This document shows positions 50,062-64,000 of a stretch of 64,000 bases of DNA, one piece after another. The position numbers and the translations under genes are program-made. The number at the start of each line of letters is the position of its first letter. Position 1 is the stretch's first letter. The DNA comes from Pristiophorus japonicus (lineage: Eukaryota). The stretch lies in assembly GCF_044704955.1 (NCBI RefSeq), contig NC_091995.1, positions 16,058,001-16,122,000 of the forward strand, written 5' to 3'. The notes under the pieces were generated by a model. The model made no database searches and had not been told where the DNA came from. It was given only the letters and a program-made list of their open reading frames with translations.

Positions 50062-50490
50062 TAGTAACAGGAGGAGACTATTCAGCCCCTCGAGCCTGTT
50101 CCACGATTCAATGAGATCATGTCAGATCTGTGACCTAGCTCTATGTACCCTCCTTTGGCCCATGTCCCTTATTACTTTTGGTTAGCAGAAAGCTATCAAT
50201 CTCAGGTTTAAAGTTAACAATTGATCTAACGTCAATTGCCATTTGCGGAAGAGTTCCAAACTTCTACCACCCTTTGTGCGTAGAACTGTTTCCGAATTTC
50301 AATCCTGAAAGACCTGGCTCGATTTTTTTAGGCTATGCCCCCTAGTCCAAGAATCCCCAACCAGCTTAAAAAGTTTCTCTCTATCTACCATATCTGCACC
50401 CCTTATTATCTAGAAAACGTCGATCAGATCACCCCTGAACCTTCCAAATTCTAGGGAATATAACTCTAATTAATGCAATCTAATAACTCA
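50062..50490 (-). mobile_element. CR1 LINE 3' fragment
   Basis: Homologous to 41400-41855 in reverse; CR1 3'UTR motifs. Confidence 0.7.
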
Positions 50491-51699
50491 GCCCTTGAAG
50501 CTTACATGTTAAATGCAGATTAAATTGTATCTTTCAGATAAAATGACAACACAAACTATGAACGAGCACCAGAAGGACTGAGAATGACCTAGCAATGTTT
50601 AGTAAAAACGATGGTATATTCTTGGATAAGGTTACATGTGCACAGTGTGTAAGATCTTAACAATAGGTCCGTTGCCATTTAGAAAGGTAATGTGTACTGT
50701 AAACTGTGTAACTTTTGCTGAATTAGTGCGAGTGCCTTGAGAGTGGCGTTGCACTAATAACAACGAGCAAATAGTAGGCTTTATCAATGCCTCTTTAGGG
50801 ACCTTTATGCAATAAAGAGCAGTGAATATTAGAATCGATATCCGGCCAGTTCTAATCTCAACTGAAGAAACTAGGGAGGTTAAACAGACCACTGCTGAAC
50901 CTCATTGTTCTCTTGCCCCAAAATGAACAAGGGCCACTTGATCGAAATAGCAAGGGACGATAGTCAATCACCATTTGAACACTTAGCAACATAGGAATTT
51001 CTAGATGTAAAAAGACGAGGATCGATCTAGTTCGCCTTCTACCATCCTCGTCGTCCTATGATACAATGATAATGGAATTTTTGACTAGTCATAGCAATCC
51101 ATGCCTATCCGTTAGTCTACAACACACCCAGACAGGACACCAGGACACCCCCAAAAGGTGGAGAAATTTGGGAAACACAGGTCCAAACTCCAAATTTAAG
51201 TTTTTCCTCCCAAGCCTATCCGTTAGTCTCTCCAATTACTCAAATACTTTCCCACACATCATCTCTCCAATTACTCAAATACTGTATCCCAAAATGTAAT
51301 TTTGTGACGTAACTCTATCTAATCTGCATTTGCATGAGTCAATCCTAACTACTTGCACCATCTGCTAGGTAGACTTTTCCATAGATTGACCGCTCCTTCA
51401 CTGAAATATTAATTTTCAGTTTAACCATATGCTCTGGTTGTACTACTCTGGACAAGGTGAAATAGCTTGCCATGATCTAAATTTTCTGGTCCTTTTAGAA
51501 TCTTAAAAGCAGCCATCATATTACCCCTCAACCTTTACTTTTTCAATTTATATAATCATTCCCCTTAATCCAGTCCCTCCCGCTCCTCAATCACTCTGGT
51601 TGGTATCTTCTGTATCCTGTCAATGGCTGCAATAGCCTCGTTGTCGAAATTTTCAGTATGTTTACTTGAATGCATCGGCCGTAATGGGACGAAAACGTG

Positions 51700-52320
51700 G
51701 TTGGAGAAAGCAACATAAAACCAAACCTATTAAAGTGTTTAGAACATAACATGCACATTTCCACAATATGGGATAAGCAGCTGTTGAATTGGACCAATCA
51801 CATTAATACTGTGGCAACAAGAGTAGTTAAGAGGCTGGGTATTCTGTGGCGAATGCCTCATCTCCTGACACCCCAAAGACTTTCCACCATCTGCAAGGCA
51901 AAAGTCAGGAGTTTGATAGAATACTCCTCACTTGCCTGGATGAGAACAACACTCAAGAGGTTCGACACCATCCAGGCCAAAGCAGCCCGCTTGATCGTCG
52001 CCCCATCCAGCACCTTAAAAATTCACTCCCTCCACCACTGCCGCATCATGTACCATCTATAAGGTGCACTGATGCAACTCACCACGGCTTCTTTGGCAGT
52101 GCCTCCCAAACCCCCGACCTCTACCATCTAGATCGACAAGGGCAGCAGGCGTATGAGAGCACCATTACTTGCAAAGTCCCCTTCACCATTGCGGGTCCAA
52201 AGCCTGGAAAACCCTCCCCAAAGCACTGTGGAAGAACCTTCACCACAAGGACTGCAGCGCTTCATGAAAGCGGTTTACCACCACCTTCTCAAGGGCAATT
52301 AGGGATGAGCATTTATTTTA
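51700..52320 (+). mobile_element. LINE 3' fragment (second CR1-like family)
   Basis: LNWTNHIN...KRLGIL...KAKVRSLIEYS...IQAKAARLI...SLHH. Confidence 0.78.
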
Positions 52321-54589
52321 CAATTTAGTCGTTAGAGTCAACAGTAAATAACAATTCCTCAACAATTTTCGCCTGTGGAAACAGCATCTATGGCGAGCTC
52401 AATGGATTATTTTGTTCCTTCCAAGTCAGGAAGCAAGCCTAAAAGGCTGTATCCCCAGTTAACGCTTGTTGTTTCCAGAGACTGCACAGCCATCCCAACA
52501 AACTCAGGGCGTGAAATCCGGATCTGCGACCTGTTTTACACCCTACCGGCATCTTTTTATATTCTCTTGAAGGGATGCAAACACGGACTGTCCGCTTTGC
52601 GCTGCGGCCCAAGGACCAATTTCAAGGACACGTTTGTATCCCATTGAAATCGATAGGATGAAAATCAGACCGGTACCTTAAAGCGGGAGGGGGGAGGGGG
52701 AGATCAGATTACCCTCCAGGCGGTGACGATGAACTGAATCTCTCAGAGGGGAGATTAAAATGTGCAACAGCTTCACAGAGTGGGTGCGTTCGCAGAAGCA
52801 TTTGAAAAATGAACTAAAAACATGGAATCCTAAAGTATTCACCCTGCTTAAAACTTATGAGCACCATAACCACTTGTGTATTAAAGACAATTTGCCCCTC
52901 AGTAATGTTCTCCGGAGAATTCACTGAATGGAACTGTTGGAGATGTCTTTAAATTTCCTTATACCTCACATCGGCTTTGAGTTTAATTATACCCGAAGTC
53001 ATGGCAATAGACCTCTCCGTAGTATGTGTCAATGTCTGGCCTGCTACGTGACTCGAAGCATGTTTAAACCAAAGCGAAAAACACGATTTAGGTCCGTACA
53101 TATTTGAAGATTTTTCGCCAGCAATGCGTTTTGCACCTGCGCCTGGTTCCATTAATAGTTAGAGAAAACCTAGTAGCAACTCTGGAACTTCAATAAATAT
53201 GTGTGATTGTATAGCACATTCAGCCGGCTCTGCGCCATCGAATAAGTGGGTGGTGCAGATTGTTGCTAATTGCATAGAATATCTAAAAATGTCCGTTCGT
53301 GCTTAAACCTTTCCCACATTAACCGATAAAAGAAAGAATGACTTGCATGTATATAGCGTCTTTCACGAACACCGGATGTCTCACAGGCTTTGCAGCCAAT
53401 TAAGTACTTTTGGACTGGCCACTATTGTAATGTGGGAAATGATATTAAGAAAACGTTGTTATTGCAGAGCACACTTTCAACACTTCGGTGCAATTGCAGC
53501 CGCAGAAAAGAACATAAGAACAGACGAAATAGGAGTAAGAGGAGGCCATACGGCCCCTCGAGCCTGCTCCATTCAATAAGATCATGGCTGATCATCGATC
53601 TCAATTCCACTTTCACGCCCGATTTCCATATCCCTTGATTCCCCTAAGAAACTGTAACGTGTCAGTGTGTCCGTCCAATTCAATTTAAACAATTGTAACA
53701 ATGGGTCCGCTAAGTAAGCTTCTGCAACATGCAAAGTAGGTGATATGTCTTTCGAAGTGATAACCATAGGCCTGGTTGTGAGTACATTAAAATTGTACCA
53801 GGCATCAGTGTATCTCCTGCTTCCAGGGGCGGCAGAGTATTGGAAATTGAAGTATTCTTTCAAGGATGCGATGTAAACAAACACACACATAACAACAACA
53901 ACTTTAGGTGCTGTATTAATACAGCACCTATTACATAGTAAAACATCCCAAGACGCTTTCCAGGAGTATTATAAGACAAAAAAAATGACACAGAGCCATA
54001 AAAGGAGAAATTAGGGCAAAGTAATAGGTTTTAAGTAGCACTTGAAGAAGGAAAGAGATGTAGAGAGGTGGAGAGGTTTAGGCATGGAATTCCAAAAGGT
54101 AGGTAACAGAAGGCACGGCCACCAATGGTTGAGCGATTATAAACACGAACGATTAGTGGCCATCGGAGGTGCTTTATTAGCTGGAGGATTAAGAACCTCA
54201 GATGTCCTGACTCTGAGTCAGGTAGCCTGATTCAATCGGACATTTTGTCCAGTTATCTAGCCTTTTAATGAAGGGTATGCATGTGTGTTGGTGTGTGTGC
54301 TTGTGTATCTCTATGTATGTGTTTCTGTGTGTGCTCGTGTGGTCTCTATTATTTGTGCATCCTGTTTCTGTGCATTTATGGGACATGTGAGCTTTGCAGC
54401 TCCCAGTTATGCAATGCCTTGATTTCAAAATTCCCATAATTGTTTTCAAATCCCTCCATGCCCTCGTCCCTCCCTATCCCTGTAACCTCCTCCAGCCCCA
54501 TATAGCCCGGAGATATCTACACGCCTCGAATTCTGCCCTCTTGAGCACCCCTGTTTATAATCGCTCAACCAGGTGGGCTTCATGAATAC

Positions 54590-57408
54590 CCTGTATAAAT
54601 GTAGCAAGACTTCATTGCTTTTGTACTCCATCCCCTTTGCAATAAAGGCCAAGATTCCATTGCCTTCCTGATTACTTGCTGTACCTGTTTTGCCCACTTG
54701 GAATACTGCGTGCAATTTTGGTTTCCATATTTAAGAAAGGATATACTTGCTTTGGAAGCACTTCAGAGAAGGCTCACTAGAATGATTCCGGGGATGAGGG
54801 GGTTGACTGATGAAGAAAGGTTGAGTAGGTTGGGCCTCTACTCATTGGAATGCAGAAGAATGAGAGGTGATCTTATCGAAACATATAAGATTATGAGGGG
54901 GCTTTATAAGGTGGATGAAGAGAGGATCTTTCCACTGACAAGGGAGACTAGAATTAGGAGGCATAATCTTAGAATAAGGGACTGCTCAATTAAAAATAAG
55001 ATGAGGAGAAATTTCCGACCAAAGTGGATAACCTCACATGTTCCAATATTGTACTGCATCTGCAATTTTTTTGACCGATTAACTTAGCCTATATATAACC
55101 TTTTGTACATTATACGCATCTTCCTCACAACTTGCTTTCCCACCTATCTTATCAGCAAATTAAGCACGTGGCTCAAAGACGGGTGTGGAGAAATGGGTTT
55201 TGGTTTGTGGGACATTGGCGCCAGTACCGGTGTAAGAGGGAGCTGTTGCATTGGAACGGGCGCCATTTAGAGTGTGGTGGGACTAGGGTCCTGGCGAATT
55301 GAATAATTAGAGCTCTAGAGAGGGCTTTAAACTAACTATGACAAGGGAGGGTTCAGGTCAGCGAAAATTTAAAAAGTCGAAGAATAAGGAGAAGGCAATA
55401 GAGCAGGTTAGCACTGGGGTAAATGAAAACCAGAGCGTGACAGGAAGGGACAGAAGGTACAAACATGAAGGTAAATCAGAAAGTGGGGTTCATCCACCTT
55501 ATAAAGCCCCCTCATAATCTTATATGTTTAGATAAGATCACCTCTCATTCTTCTGCATTCCAATGAGTAGAGGCCCAACCTACTCAACCTTTCTTCATCA
55601 GTCAACCCCCTCATCCCCGGAATCAACCTAGTGAGCCTTCTCTGAACTGCTTCCAAAGCAAGTATATCCTTTCTTAAATATGGAAACCAAAAAGCATGCA
55701 GCATTCATAACAAATTAGATGAGTTGACGGCACAAATAGATACAAATGGGTATGATCTGCTAGCCATTACAGAGACGTGGTTGCAAGGTGACCAAGGCTG
55801 GGAACTAAATATTAAGGGGTATTTACCAATTCGGAAGGAGAGACAGAAAGGAAAAGGTGGTGGTGTAGCTCTGTTAATAAAGGGATCCGTGCGTTAGTGA
55901 GAAATGACATTGGCTCAGAAGATCACGATGTTGAATCAGTTTGAGTGGAGTTAAGGAATAATAAGGCGGAAAGTCACTGGTGAGGGTATTCTATAGCCCC
56001 TAACATTAGCTACATAGTTGGATGGAGTATAAGTGAAGAAATAATGGAGGCTTGTAAAAAAAGGAACGGCAATAATCTTGAGCGTTTTTAACCTTCATAT
56101 TGATTGGACAAAGCAAATTGGCCAGTGTAGCCCTGAGGAAGAGTTCATTAAGTGTATCTGGGATAATTTGCTTAAACAGTATGTTGCAGAACCAACCCGG
56201 GAGCAGGCTATCTTATATCTGGTGATGTGTAATGAGACAGGATTAATAAATGATCTCCTAGTAAAGAATCCTCTAGGAATTAGTGACCATAACATGGTTG
56301 AATTTTAAATTCAGTTGGATGGTGAGAAAGTTGGATCTCAAACCAGTATCCTACGCTTAAATAAAGGAGACTTCAAAGGAATGAAGACAGAGCTGGCTAA
56401 AGTGGACTGGAAAAATAGATTAAAGTGTGGGACGGTTGATGAGCAGTGGCAGACATGTAAGGGGATATTTCATAACACTCAACAAAAATATATCAATGAG
56501 AAGAAAATAATTTAAAAGAAGGGATAACCATCCGTGGCTAGCTAAGGAAATAAGGGTGGTATCAAATTGAAAACAAGGGAATACAATGCGGCCAGAGGAT
56601 TGTGAAACTTTTAAAAGCCAGCAAAAAACGACAAAAAAAATAATAAAGAGTGGGAAGATAGATTATGAAAGTAAACTAGCACAAAATATAAAAACAGATA
56701 GGAAGAATTTCTACATGTATATAAGAAGGAAAAGAGTGGCTAAAGTATAATGTTGGAAAGTGTGAGGTCCTGCACTTTGGCAGAAAAAAAATCAAAGAGC
56801 AAATTATTATTTAAATCGAGAAAGATTGCAAAGTGCCGCAGTACAGCGGGACCTGGGGGTCCTGGTGCATGAAACAGAAAAGTAGAGTATGCAGGTACAG
56901 CAAATGATCAGGAAGGCCAATGGTATCTTGGCCTTTATTGCAAAGAGTATGGAGTATAAAAGCAGGGAAGTCTTGCTACAGCTATATAAGTATTGGTGAG
57001 GCCACACCTGGAATATTGCGTGCAGTTTTGGTTTCCATATTTAAGAAAGGATGTACTTGCCTTGGAGGCCGTCCAGCGAAGGTTTACTAGGTTGATTCCG
57101 GGGATGAGGGAGTTGACTTATGAGGGAAGGTTGAGTAGGTTGGGCCTCTACTCATTGGAATTCAGAAGAATGAGAGGTGATCTTATCGAAACGTATAAGA
57201 TTAGGAGGGGGCTTGACAAGGTGGATGCAGAGAGGATGTTTCCATTGATGGGGGAGACTAGAACTAGAGGTCATGTTCTTAGAATAAGGGGCCGCCCATT
57301 TAAAACAGAGATGAGGAGAAATTTCTTCCCTCAGAGGGTTGTAAATCTGTGAAATTTGCTGCCACAGAGAGCTGTGGAAAGCTGGGACATTGAATAATTG
57401 TAAGACAG
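54590..57408 (+). mobile_element. Rearranged CR1 cluster, including an internally deleted CR1 at 55160-57408
   Basis: ORF1 end, endonuclease and C-terminal ORF2 motifs, with abrupt strand switches near 54690, 55015, 55489 and 55692. Confidence 0.8.
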
Positions 57409-58276
57409 AAACATAAGAACATAAGAACATAAGAATTAGGAACAGGAGTAGGCCATCTAGCCCCTCGAGCCTGCTCCGCCATTCAACAAGATCATGGCTG
57501 ATCTGGCCGTGGACTCAGCTCCACTTACCCGCCTGCTCCCCGTAACCCTTAATGCCCTTATTGGTTAAAAATCTATCTATCTGTGACTTGAATACATTCA
57601 ATGAGCTAGCCTCAATTGCGTCCTTGGGCAGAGAATTCCACAGATTCACAACCCCCTGGGAGAAGAAATTCCTTCTCAACTCGGTTTTAAATTGGCTCCC
57701 TCGTATTTTGAGGCTGTGCCCCCTAGTTCTAGTCTCCCCGACAAGTGAAAACAACCCTCTGCCTCTATCTTGTCTATCCCTTTTATTATTTTAAATGTTT
57801 CTATAAGATCACCCCTCATCCTTCTGAACTCAACGAGTAAAGACCGAGTCTACTCAATCTATCATCATAAGGTAACCCCCTCATCTCCGGAATCAGCCTC
57901 GTGAATCGTCTCTGTAACCCCTCCAAAGCTAGTATATCCTTCCTTAAGTAAGGTGACCAAAACTGTACGCAGTACTCCAGGTGCGGCCTCACCAATATCC
58001 TATAAAGTTTCAGAAGGACCTCTCTGCTTTTGTACACCATCCCTCTCGCAATGAAGGCCAACATTCCATTCGCCTTCCTGATTACCTGCTGCACCTGCAA
58101 ACTAACTTTTTGGGATTCATGCACAAGGACACCCAGGTCCCTCTGCACCGCAGCATGTTGTAATTTCTCCCCATTTCAAATAATATTCCCTTTTACTGTT
58201 TTTTTCCCAAGGTGGATGACCTCACACTTTCCAACATTGTATTCCATCTGCCAAACCTTAGCCCATTCGCTTAATC

Positions 58277-61200
58277 TCGGGATTGCTACCAGTGCCACGT
58301 GATAGTCAGAGTAGGAATCGCAGGATAGCGCAGATGAATACGTGGCTTGAGCAGCGGTGAGGCAAGGTGGGATTCAAATTCCTGGGGCATTGGAACCGGA
58401 TCTGGGGGAGGTGGGACCAGTACAAACCGGACGGTCTGCACCTGGGCAGGACCGGAACCAATGTCCTAGGGGGAGTGTTTGCTTGTGCTGTTGGGGAGGA
58501 GTTAAACTAATATGGCAGGGGGATGGGAACCAATGCCGGGAGACAGAGGGAAACAAAAAGGAGGCAAAAACAAAAGACAGAAAGGAGATGAGGAAAAGTG
58601 GAGGGCAGAGAAACCCAAGGCAAAGAACAAAAAGGGCCATTGTACAGCAAAATTCTAAAAGGACAAAGGGTGTTAAAAAAACAAGCCTGAAGGCTTTGTG
58701 TCTTAATGCAAGGAGTATCCGCAATAAAGTGGATGAATTAACTGTGCAAATAGATGTTAACAAATATGATGTGATTGGGATTACGGAGACGTGGCTCCAG
58801 GATGATCAGGGCTGGGAACTCAACATCCAGGGGTATTCAACATTCAGGAAAGATCGAATAAAAGGAAAAGGAGGTGGGGTAGCATTGCTGGTTAAGGAGG
58901 AAATTAAGGCAATAGTTCGGAAGGACATTAGCTTGGATGATGTGGAATCTATATGGATAGAGCTGCAGAACACCAAAGGGCAAAATACGTTAGTGGGAGT
59001 TGTGTACAGACCTCCAAACAGTAGTAGTGATGTTGGGGAGGGCATCAAACATGAAATTAGGGGTGCGTGCAATAAAGGTGCAGCAGTTATAATGAGTGAT
59101 TTTAATATGCACATAGATTGGGCTAACCAAACTGGAAGCAATACGGTGGAGGAGGATTTCCTGGAGTGCATAAGGGATGTTATTTTAGACCAATATGTCG
59201 AGGAACCAACTAGAGGGTAGGCCATCTTAAACTGGGTGTTATGTAATGAGAGAGGATTAATTAGCAATCTCGTTGTGCGAGGCCCCTTGGGGAAGAGTGA
59301 CCATAATATGGTGGAATTCTGCATTAGGATGGAGAATGAAACAGTTAATTCAGAGACCATGGTCCAGAGCTTAAAGAAGGGTAACTTTGAAGGTATGAGG
59401 CGTGAATTGGCTAGGATAGATTGGCGAATGATACTGAAGGGGTTGACTGTGGATGGGCAATGGCAGACATTTAGAGACCGCATGGATGAACTACAACAAT
59501 TGTACATCCCTGTCTGGCGTAAAAATAAAAAAGGGGAGGTGGCAAAACCATGGTTATCAAGGGAAATCAGGGATAGTATTAAAGCCAAGGAAGTGGCATA
59601 AAAATTGGCCAGAAATAGCAGCGAACCCGGGGACTGGGAGAAATTTAGAACTCAGCAGAGGAGGACAAAGGGTTTGATTAGGGCAGGGAAAATGGAGTAC
59701 GAGAAGAAGCTTGCAGGGAACATAAAGACGGATTGCAAAAGTTTCTAAAGATATGTAAAGAGAAAAAGGTTAGTAAAGACAAACGTAGGTCCCCTGCAGT
59801 CAGAATCAGGGGAAGTCATAACGGGGAACAAAGAAATGGCGGACCAATTGAACAAGTACTTTGGTTCGGTATTCACTAAGGAGGACACAAACAACCTGAC
59901 GGATATAAAAGGGGTCGGAGGGTCTAGTAAGGAGGAGGAACTGAGGAAAATCCTTATTAGTCGGGAAATTGTGTTGGGGAAATTGATGGGATTGAAGGCC
60001 GATAAATCTCCAGGGCCTGATGGACTGCATCCCAGAGTACTTAAGGAGGTGCCCTTGGAAATAGTGGATGCATTGACAGTCATTTTCCAACATTCCATTG
60101 ACTCTGGATCAGTTCCTATGGAGTGGAGGGTAGCCAATGTAACCCCACTTTTTAAAAAAAAAGGGAGAGAGATAACAGGGAATTATAGACCAGTCAGCCG
60201 GACATCGGTAGTGGGTAAAATGAAGGAATCAATTATTAAGGATGTCATAGCAGTGCATTTGGAAAGAGGTGATATGATAGGTCCAAGTCAGCATGCATTT
60301 GTGAAATGGAATTCATGCTTGACAAATCTTCTGGAATTTTTTGAGGATGTTTCCAGTAGAGTGGACAAGGGAGAACCAGTTGATGTGGTATATTTGGACT
60401 TTCAGAAGGCTTTCGACAAGGTACCACACAAGAGATTAATGTGCAAAGTTAAAGCAGATTGGGATTGGGGGTAGTGTGCTGACATGGATTGAGAACTGGT
60501 TGTCAGACAGGAAGCAAAGAGTAGAAGTAAATGTGGACTTTTCAGACTGGCACGCAGTGACTAGTGGGGTACCGCAAGGTTCTGTGCTGGGGCCCCAGCT
60601 GTTTACACTGTACATTAATGATTTAGACGAGGAGATTAAATGTAGTATCTCCAAATTTTCGGATGACACTAAGTTGGGTGGCAGTGTGAGCTGCGAGGAG
60701 GATGCTATGAGGCTGCAGAGCGACTTGGATAGGTTAGGAGAGTGGGCAAATGCATGGCAGATGAAGTATAATGTGGATAAATGTGAGGTGGTAAAAACAG
60801 AGAGACAGACTATTATCTGAATGGTGACAGATTAGGAAAAGGGGAGGTGCAAAGAGACCTGGGTGTCATGGTACATCAGTCATTGAAGGTTGGCATGCAG
60901 GTACAGCAGGCGGTTAAGAAAGCAAATGGCATGTTGGCCTTCATAGCGAGGGGATTTGAGTACAGGGGCAGGGAGGTGTTGCTACAGTTGTACAGGGCCT
61001 TGGTGAGGCCACACCTGGAGTATTGTGTACAGTTTTGGTCTCCTAACCTGAGGAAGGACATTCTTGCTATTGAGGGAGTGCAGCGAAGGTTCACCAGACT
61101 GATTCCCGGGATGGCGGGACTGACATATCAAGAAAGATTGGATCAACTGAGCTTGTATTCACTGGAGTTCAGAAGAATGAGAGGGGACCTCATAGAAACG

Positions 61201-61583
61201 TTTAAAATTCTGACGGGGTTAGACAGGTTAGATGCAGGAAGAATGTTCCCAATGTTGGGGAAGCCCAGAACCAGGGGACACAGTCTAAGGATAAGGGGTA
61301 AGCCATTTAGGACCGAGATGAGGAGGAATGTCTTCACCCAGGGAGTGGTGAACCTGTGGAATTCTCTACCACAGAAAGTTGTTGAGGCCACTTCACTAAA
61401 TATATTCAAAAAGGAGTTTGCTGAAGTCCTTACTACTAGGGGGATCAAGGGGTATGGTGAGAAAGCAGGAATGGGGTACTGAAGTTGCATGTTCAGCCAT
61501 GAACTCATTGAATGGCGGTGCAGGCTAGAAGGGCCGAATGGCCTACTCCTGCACCTATTTTCTACGTTTCTATGTTTCTATGT
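58277..61583 (+). mobile_element. Young CR1 LINE: ORF1 3' end plus nearly complete ORF2 with a few stops and frameshifts
   Basis: [34 protein letters not shown] and KFSDD motifs in successive long ORFs; TTTCTATG tail. Confidence 0.95.
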
Positions 61584-63524
61584 AAATCTCTTTGCAGCCT
61601 TTCTGTGTCCGCTACACGACCCGCTTTCCCACTAATCTTTGTGTCATCTGCAAATTTTGTTACACTACACTCTGTTCCCTATTTCAGGTCATCTATGTAT
61701 ATTGTAAACAGTTGTGGTCCCAGCACCGATCCCGGTGGCACACCAATAACCACCGATTTCCAACCCTAAAAGGACCCATTTATCCCGACTCTCTGCTTTC
61801 TGTTCGCCAGCCAATTCTCTATCCATGCTAATACATTTCCTCTGACTTCGCGTACCTTTATCTTCTGCAGTAATCTTTTGTGTGCCACGTTATCGAATGT
61901 CTTTTGGAAATGTAAATACACCACATCCATCGGTACACCTCTATCCAACATGCTCTTTATATCCTCAAAAAATTCCAGTAAATTAGTTAAACCTGATTTC
62001 CCCTTCATGAATCCGTGCTGCGTCTGCTTATTACACTATTCCTATCTAGATGTCCCGCTATTTCTTCCTTAATGATAGTTTCAAGCATTTTCCCCACTAC
62101 AGATGTTAAACTAACTGGCCTATAGTTCCCTGCCTTTTCTCTGCCCCCTTGTTTAAACAGAGGCGTTACATTAGCTTATTTCCAATCCCCTCGTACCTCC
62201 CCAGAGTCCAGAGACCTTTGGTAGATTATAACGAATGCATCTGCTATAACTTCCGCCATCTCTTTTAATACCCTGGGATGCATTTCATCAGGACCAGGGG
62301 ATTGTCTACCTTGAGTCCCGTTAGCCTGTCCAGCATTACCCCCCTAGTGATAGTGATTCGCTCAAGGTCCTCCCTTCCCACATTCCTGTGACCAGCAATT
62401 TATGGCATGGTTTTTGTGTCTTCCACTGTGAAGACCGAAGCAAAATAATTGTTTAAGGTCTCAGCCATTTCCACATTTCCCATTATTAAATCCCCCTTCT
62501 CATCTTCTAAGGGACCAACATTTACTTTAGTCACTCTTTTCCGTTTTATATATCTGTAGAAGCTTTTACTATCCGTTTTTATGTTTTGCGCAAGTTTACC
62601 TTCGTAATCTATCTTTCCTTTCTTTATTGCTTTCTTAGTCATTCTTTGCTGTCGTTTAAAATTTTCCCAATCTTCTATTTTCCCACTAACCTTGGCCACC
62701 TTATATGCATTGTTTTTTAATTTGATACTCTCCTTTATTTCCTTGATTATCCACGGCTGGTTATCCCTTCTCTTACCGCCTTTCTTTTTCACTGGAATAT
62801 ATTTGTGTTGAGCACTATCAAAGAGCTCCTTAAAAGTCCTCCAATGTTCCTCAATTGTGCCACCGTTTAGTCTGTGTTTCCAGTCTACTTTAGCCAACTC
62901 TGCCCTCATCCCACCGGAGTCCACTTTGTTTAAGCATGGTACGCTCGTTCGAGACACTACTTCCTCATCGTCAATCTGTATTACAAATTCAACCATACTG
63001 TGATGACTCATTCCGAGAGGATCTTTTACTAGGACATCGTTTATTATTCCTGTCTCATTACACAGGACCAGATCTAAGATAGCTTGCTCCCTTGTAGGTT
63101 CTGTAACATACTGTTCTAAGAAACAATCCCGTATGCATTCTATGAATCCCTCCTCCAGGCTACCCCATGCGATTTGATTTGACCAAGAGATATGTAGGTT
63201 AAAATCCCCCATGATTACTGCCGTTCCTTTTTCACATGCCTCCATTATTCCCTTGATTATTGCCCTCCCCACCGTGAAGTTATTATTTGGGGGCCTATAA
63301 ACTACTTTTTTGCCTTACTATCTCTAATCTCCGCCCACAATGATTGAACATTTTGTTCATTAGAGCCAATATCGTCTCTCACAACTGCCCTGATATCATC
63401 CTTTATTAACAGAGCTACCCCACCTCCTTTCCCTTCTTGTCTATCTTTCTAAATCGTCAGATACTCCTGAATGTTTAATTCCCAGTCTTGGCCACTCTGC
63501 AACCACGTTTCTGTAATTGCCACT

Positions 63525-63812
63525 AAAAAGGGCCACTGAATATAAAGGGGCTGCAGGAGGCGTCAAAACTAAAAATCATGGTTTAAAAACTAGTATTAAA
63601 ACACTCTACCTGAACGCACGGAGCATTCGAAATAAAGTAAATGAGTTGACGGCACAAATCTTTACCCAGTTGTAATGATTTGTGCCGTCAACTCATTTAC
63701 TTTATTTCGAATGCTCCGTGCGTTTAGGTAGAGTGTTTTAATACTAGTTTTTAAACCATGATTTTTAGTTTTGACCCCTCCTGCAGCCCCTTTTTATTCA
63801 GTGGCCCTTTTT
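63525..63812. repeat. Long palindrome: 136-bp arms, 16-bp spacer
   Basis: 63525-63660 is the reverse complement of 63677-63812 with 3 mismatches by manual count. Confidence 0.93.
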
Positions 63813-64000
63813 GTTTTTTGCCTTGGGTTTCTCTGCCCTCCACTTTTACTCATCTCCTTTCTGTCTTTAGCATTTGTCTCCTTTTTGTTTCCCTCTGTCT
63901 CCCTGCATTGGTTCCCATCTCCCTGCCATATTAGTTTAACTCCTCCCCAACAGCACTAGCAAACACTCCCCCTAGGACATTGATTCCGGTCCTGCCCAGG

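Larger units (their letters stand above)
57409..64000 (-). mobile_element. CR1 LINE (57409-58276 plus 61584 to the window end) split by a nested opposite-strand CR1
   Basis: The RT segment RLQRD|RLSEWAK is interrupted between about 61584 and 58276. ORF 62400-63272 covers the endonuclease/linker; TTCTTATG tail at 57409-57435. Confidence 0.85.

Noticed and set aside
52984-53070. Minus-strand PDIDTYYGEV, resembling an Ig F strand of a third paralog
   Set aside because: It lacks the Cys, is bounded by stops, and has no B- or C-strand motifs upstream.
58357-61482. Long ORFs (287, 260, 212, 211 aa) as host genes or an active LINE
   Set aside because: They are CR1 ORF2 fragments separated by stops and frameshifts, or their antisense frames.

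Overview
This is eukaryotic DNA, almost certainly from a cartilaginous fish (shark-type CR1 LINEs, DeuSINE/SacSINE1-like SINEs, L2 and Penelope fragments). Most of it is decayed retroelements, and nearly all ORF-track entries are LINE pieces or their antisense frames. Between the repeats, on the minus strand, are two tandem paralogous spliced genes for single Ig V-domain type I membrane receptors with NKp30 (NCR3)-like, germline-joined V-J ectodomains. Gene B can be assembled completely by hand from six GT-AG exons in compatible phases: 49584-49641, 40317-40658, 38329-38448, 29348-29400, 29208-29251 and 27135-27141 (624 nt, 207 aa). It has an uncharged transmembrane helix and its own canonical [22 protein letters not shown], split by a phase-0 intron after Tyr+1. 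Mammalian NKp30 instead has a charged TM and borrows an adaptor ITAM. Gene A (leader 11251-11308/11323, V 3505-3858, TM 156-275) runs off the left edge before its cytoplasmic exons. Also present are a ~41-bp minisatellite in a CpG-rich block, two probable solo LTRs, nested CR1 insertions and two local inverted duplications. All exon models are manual and have no transcript support.
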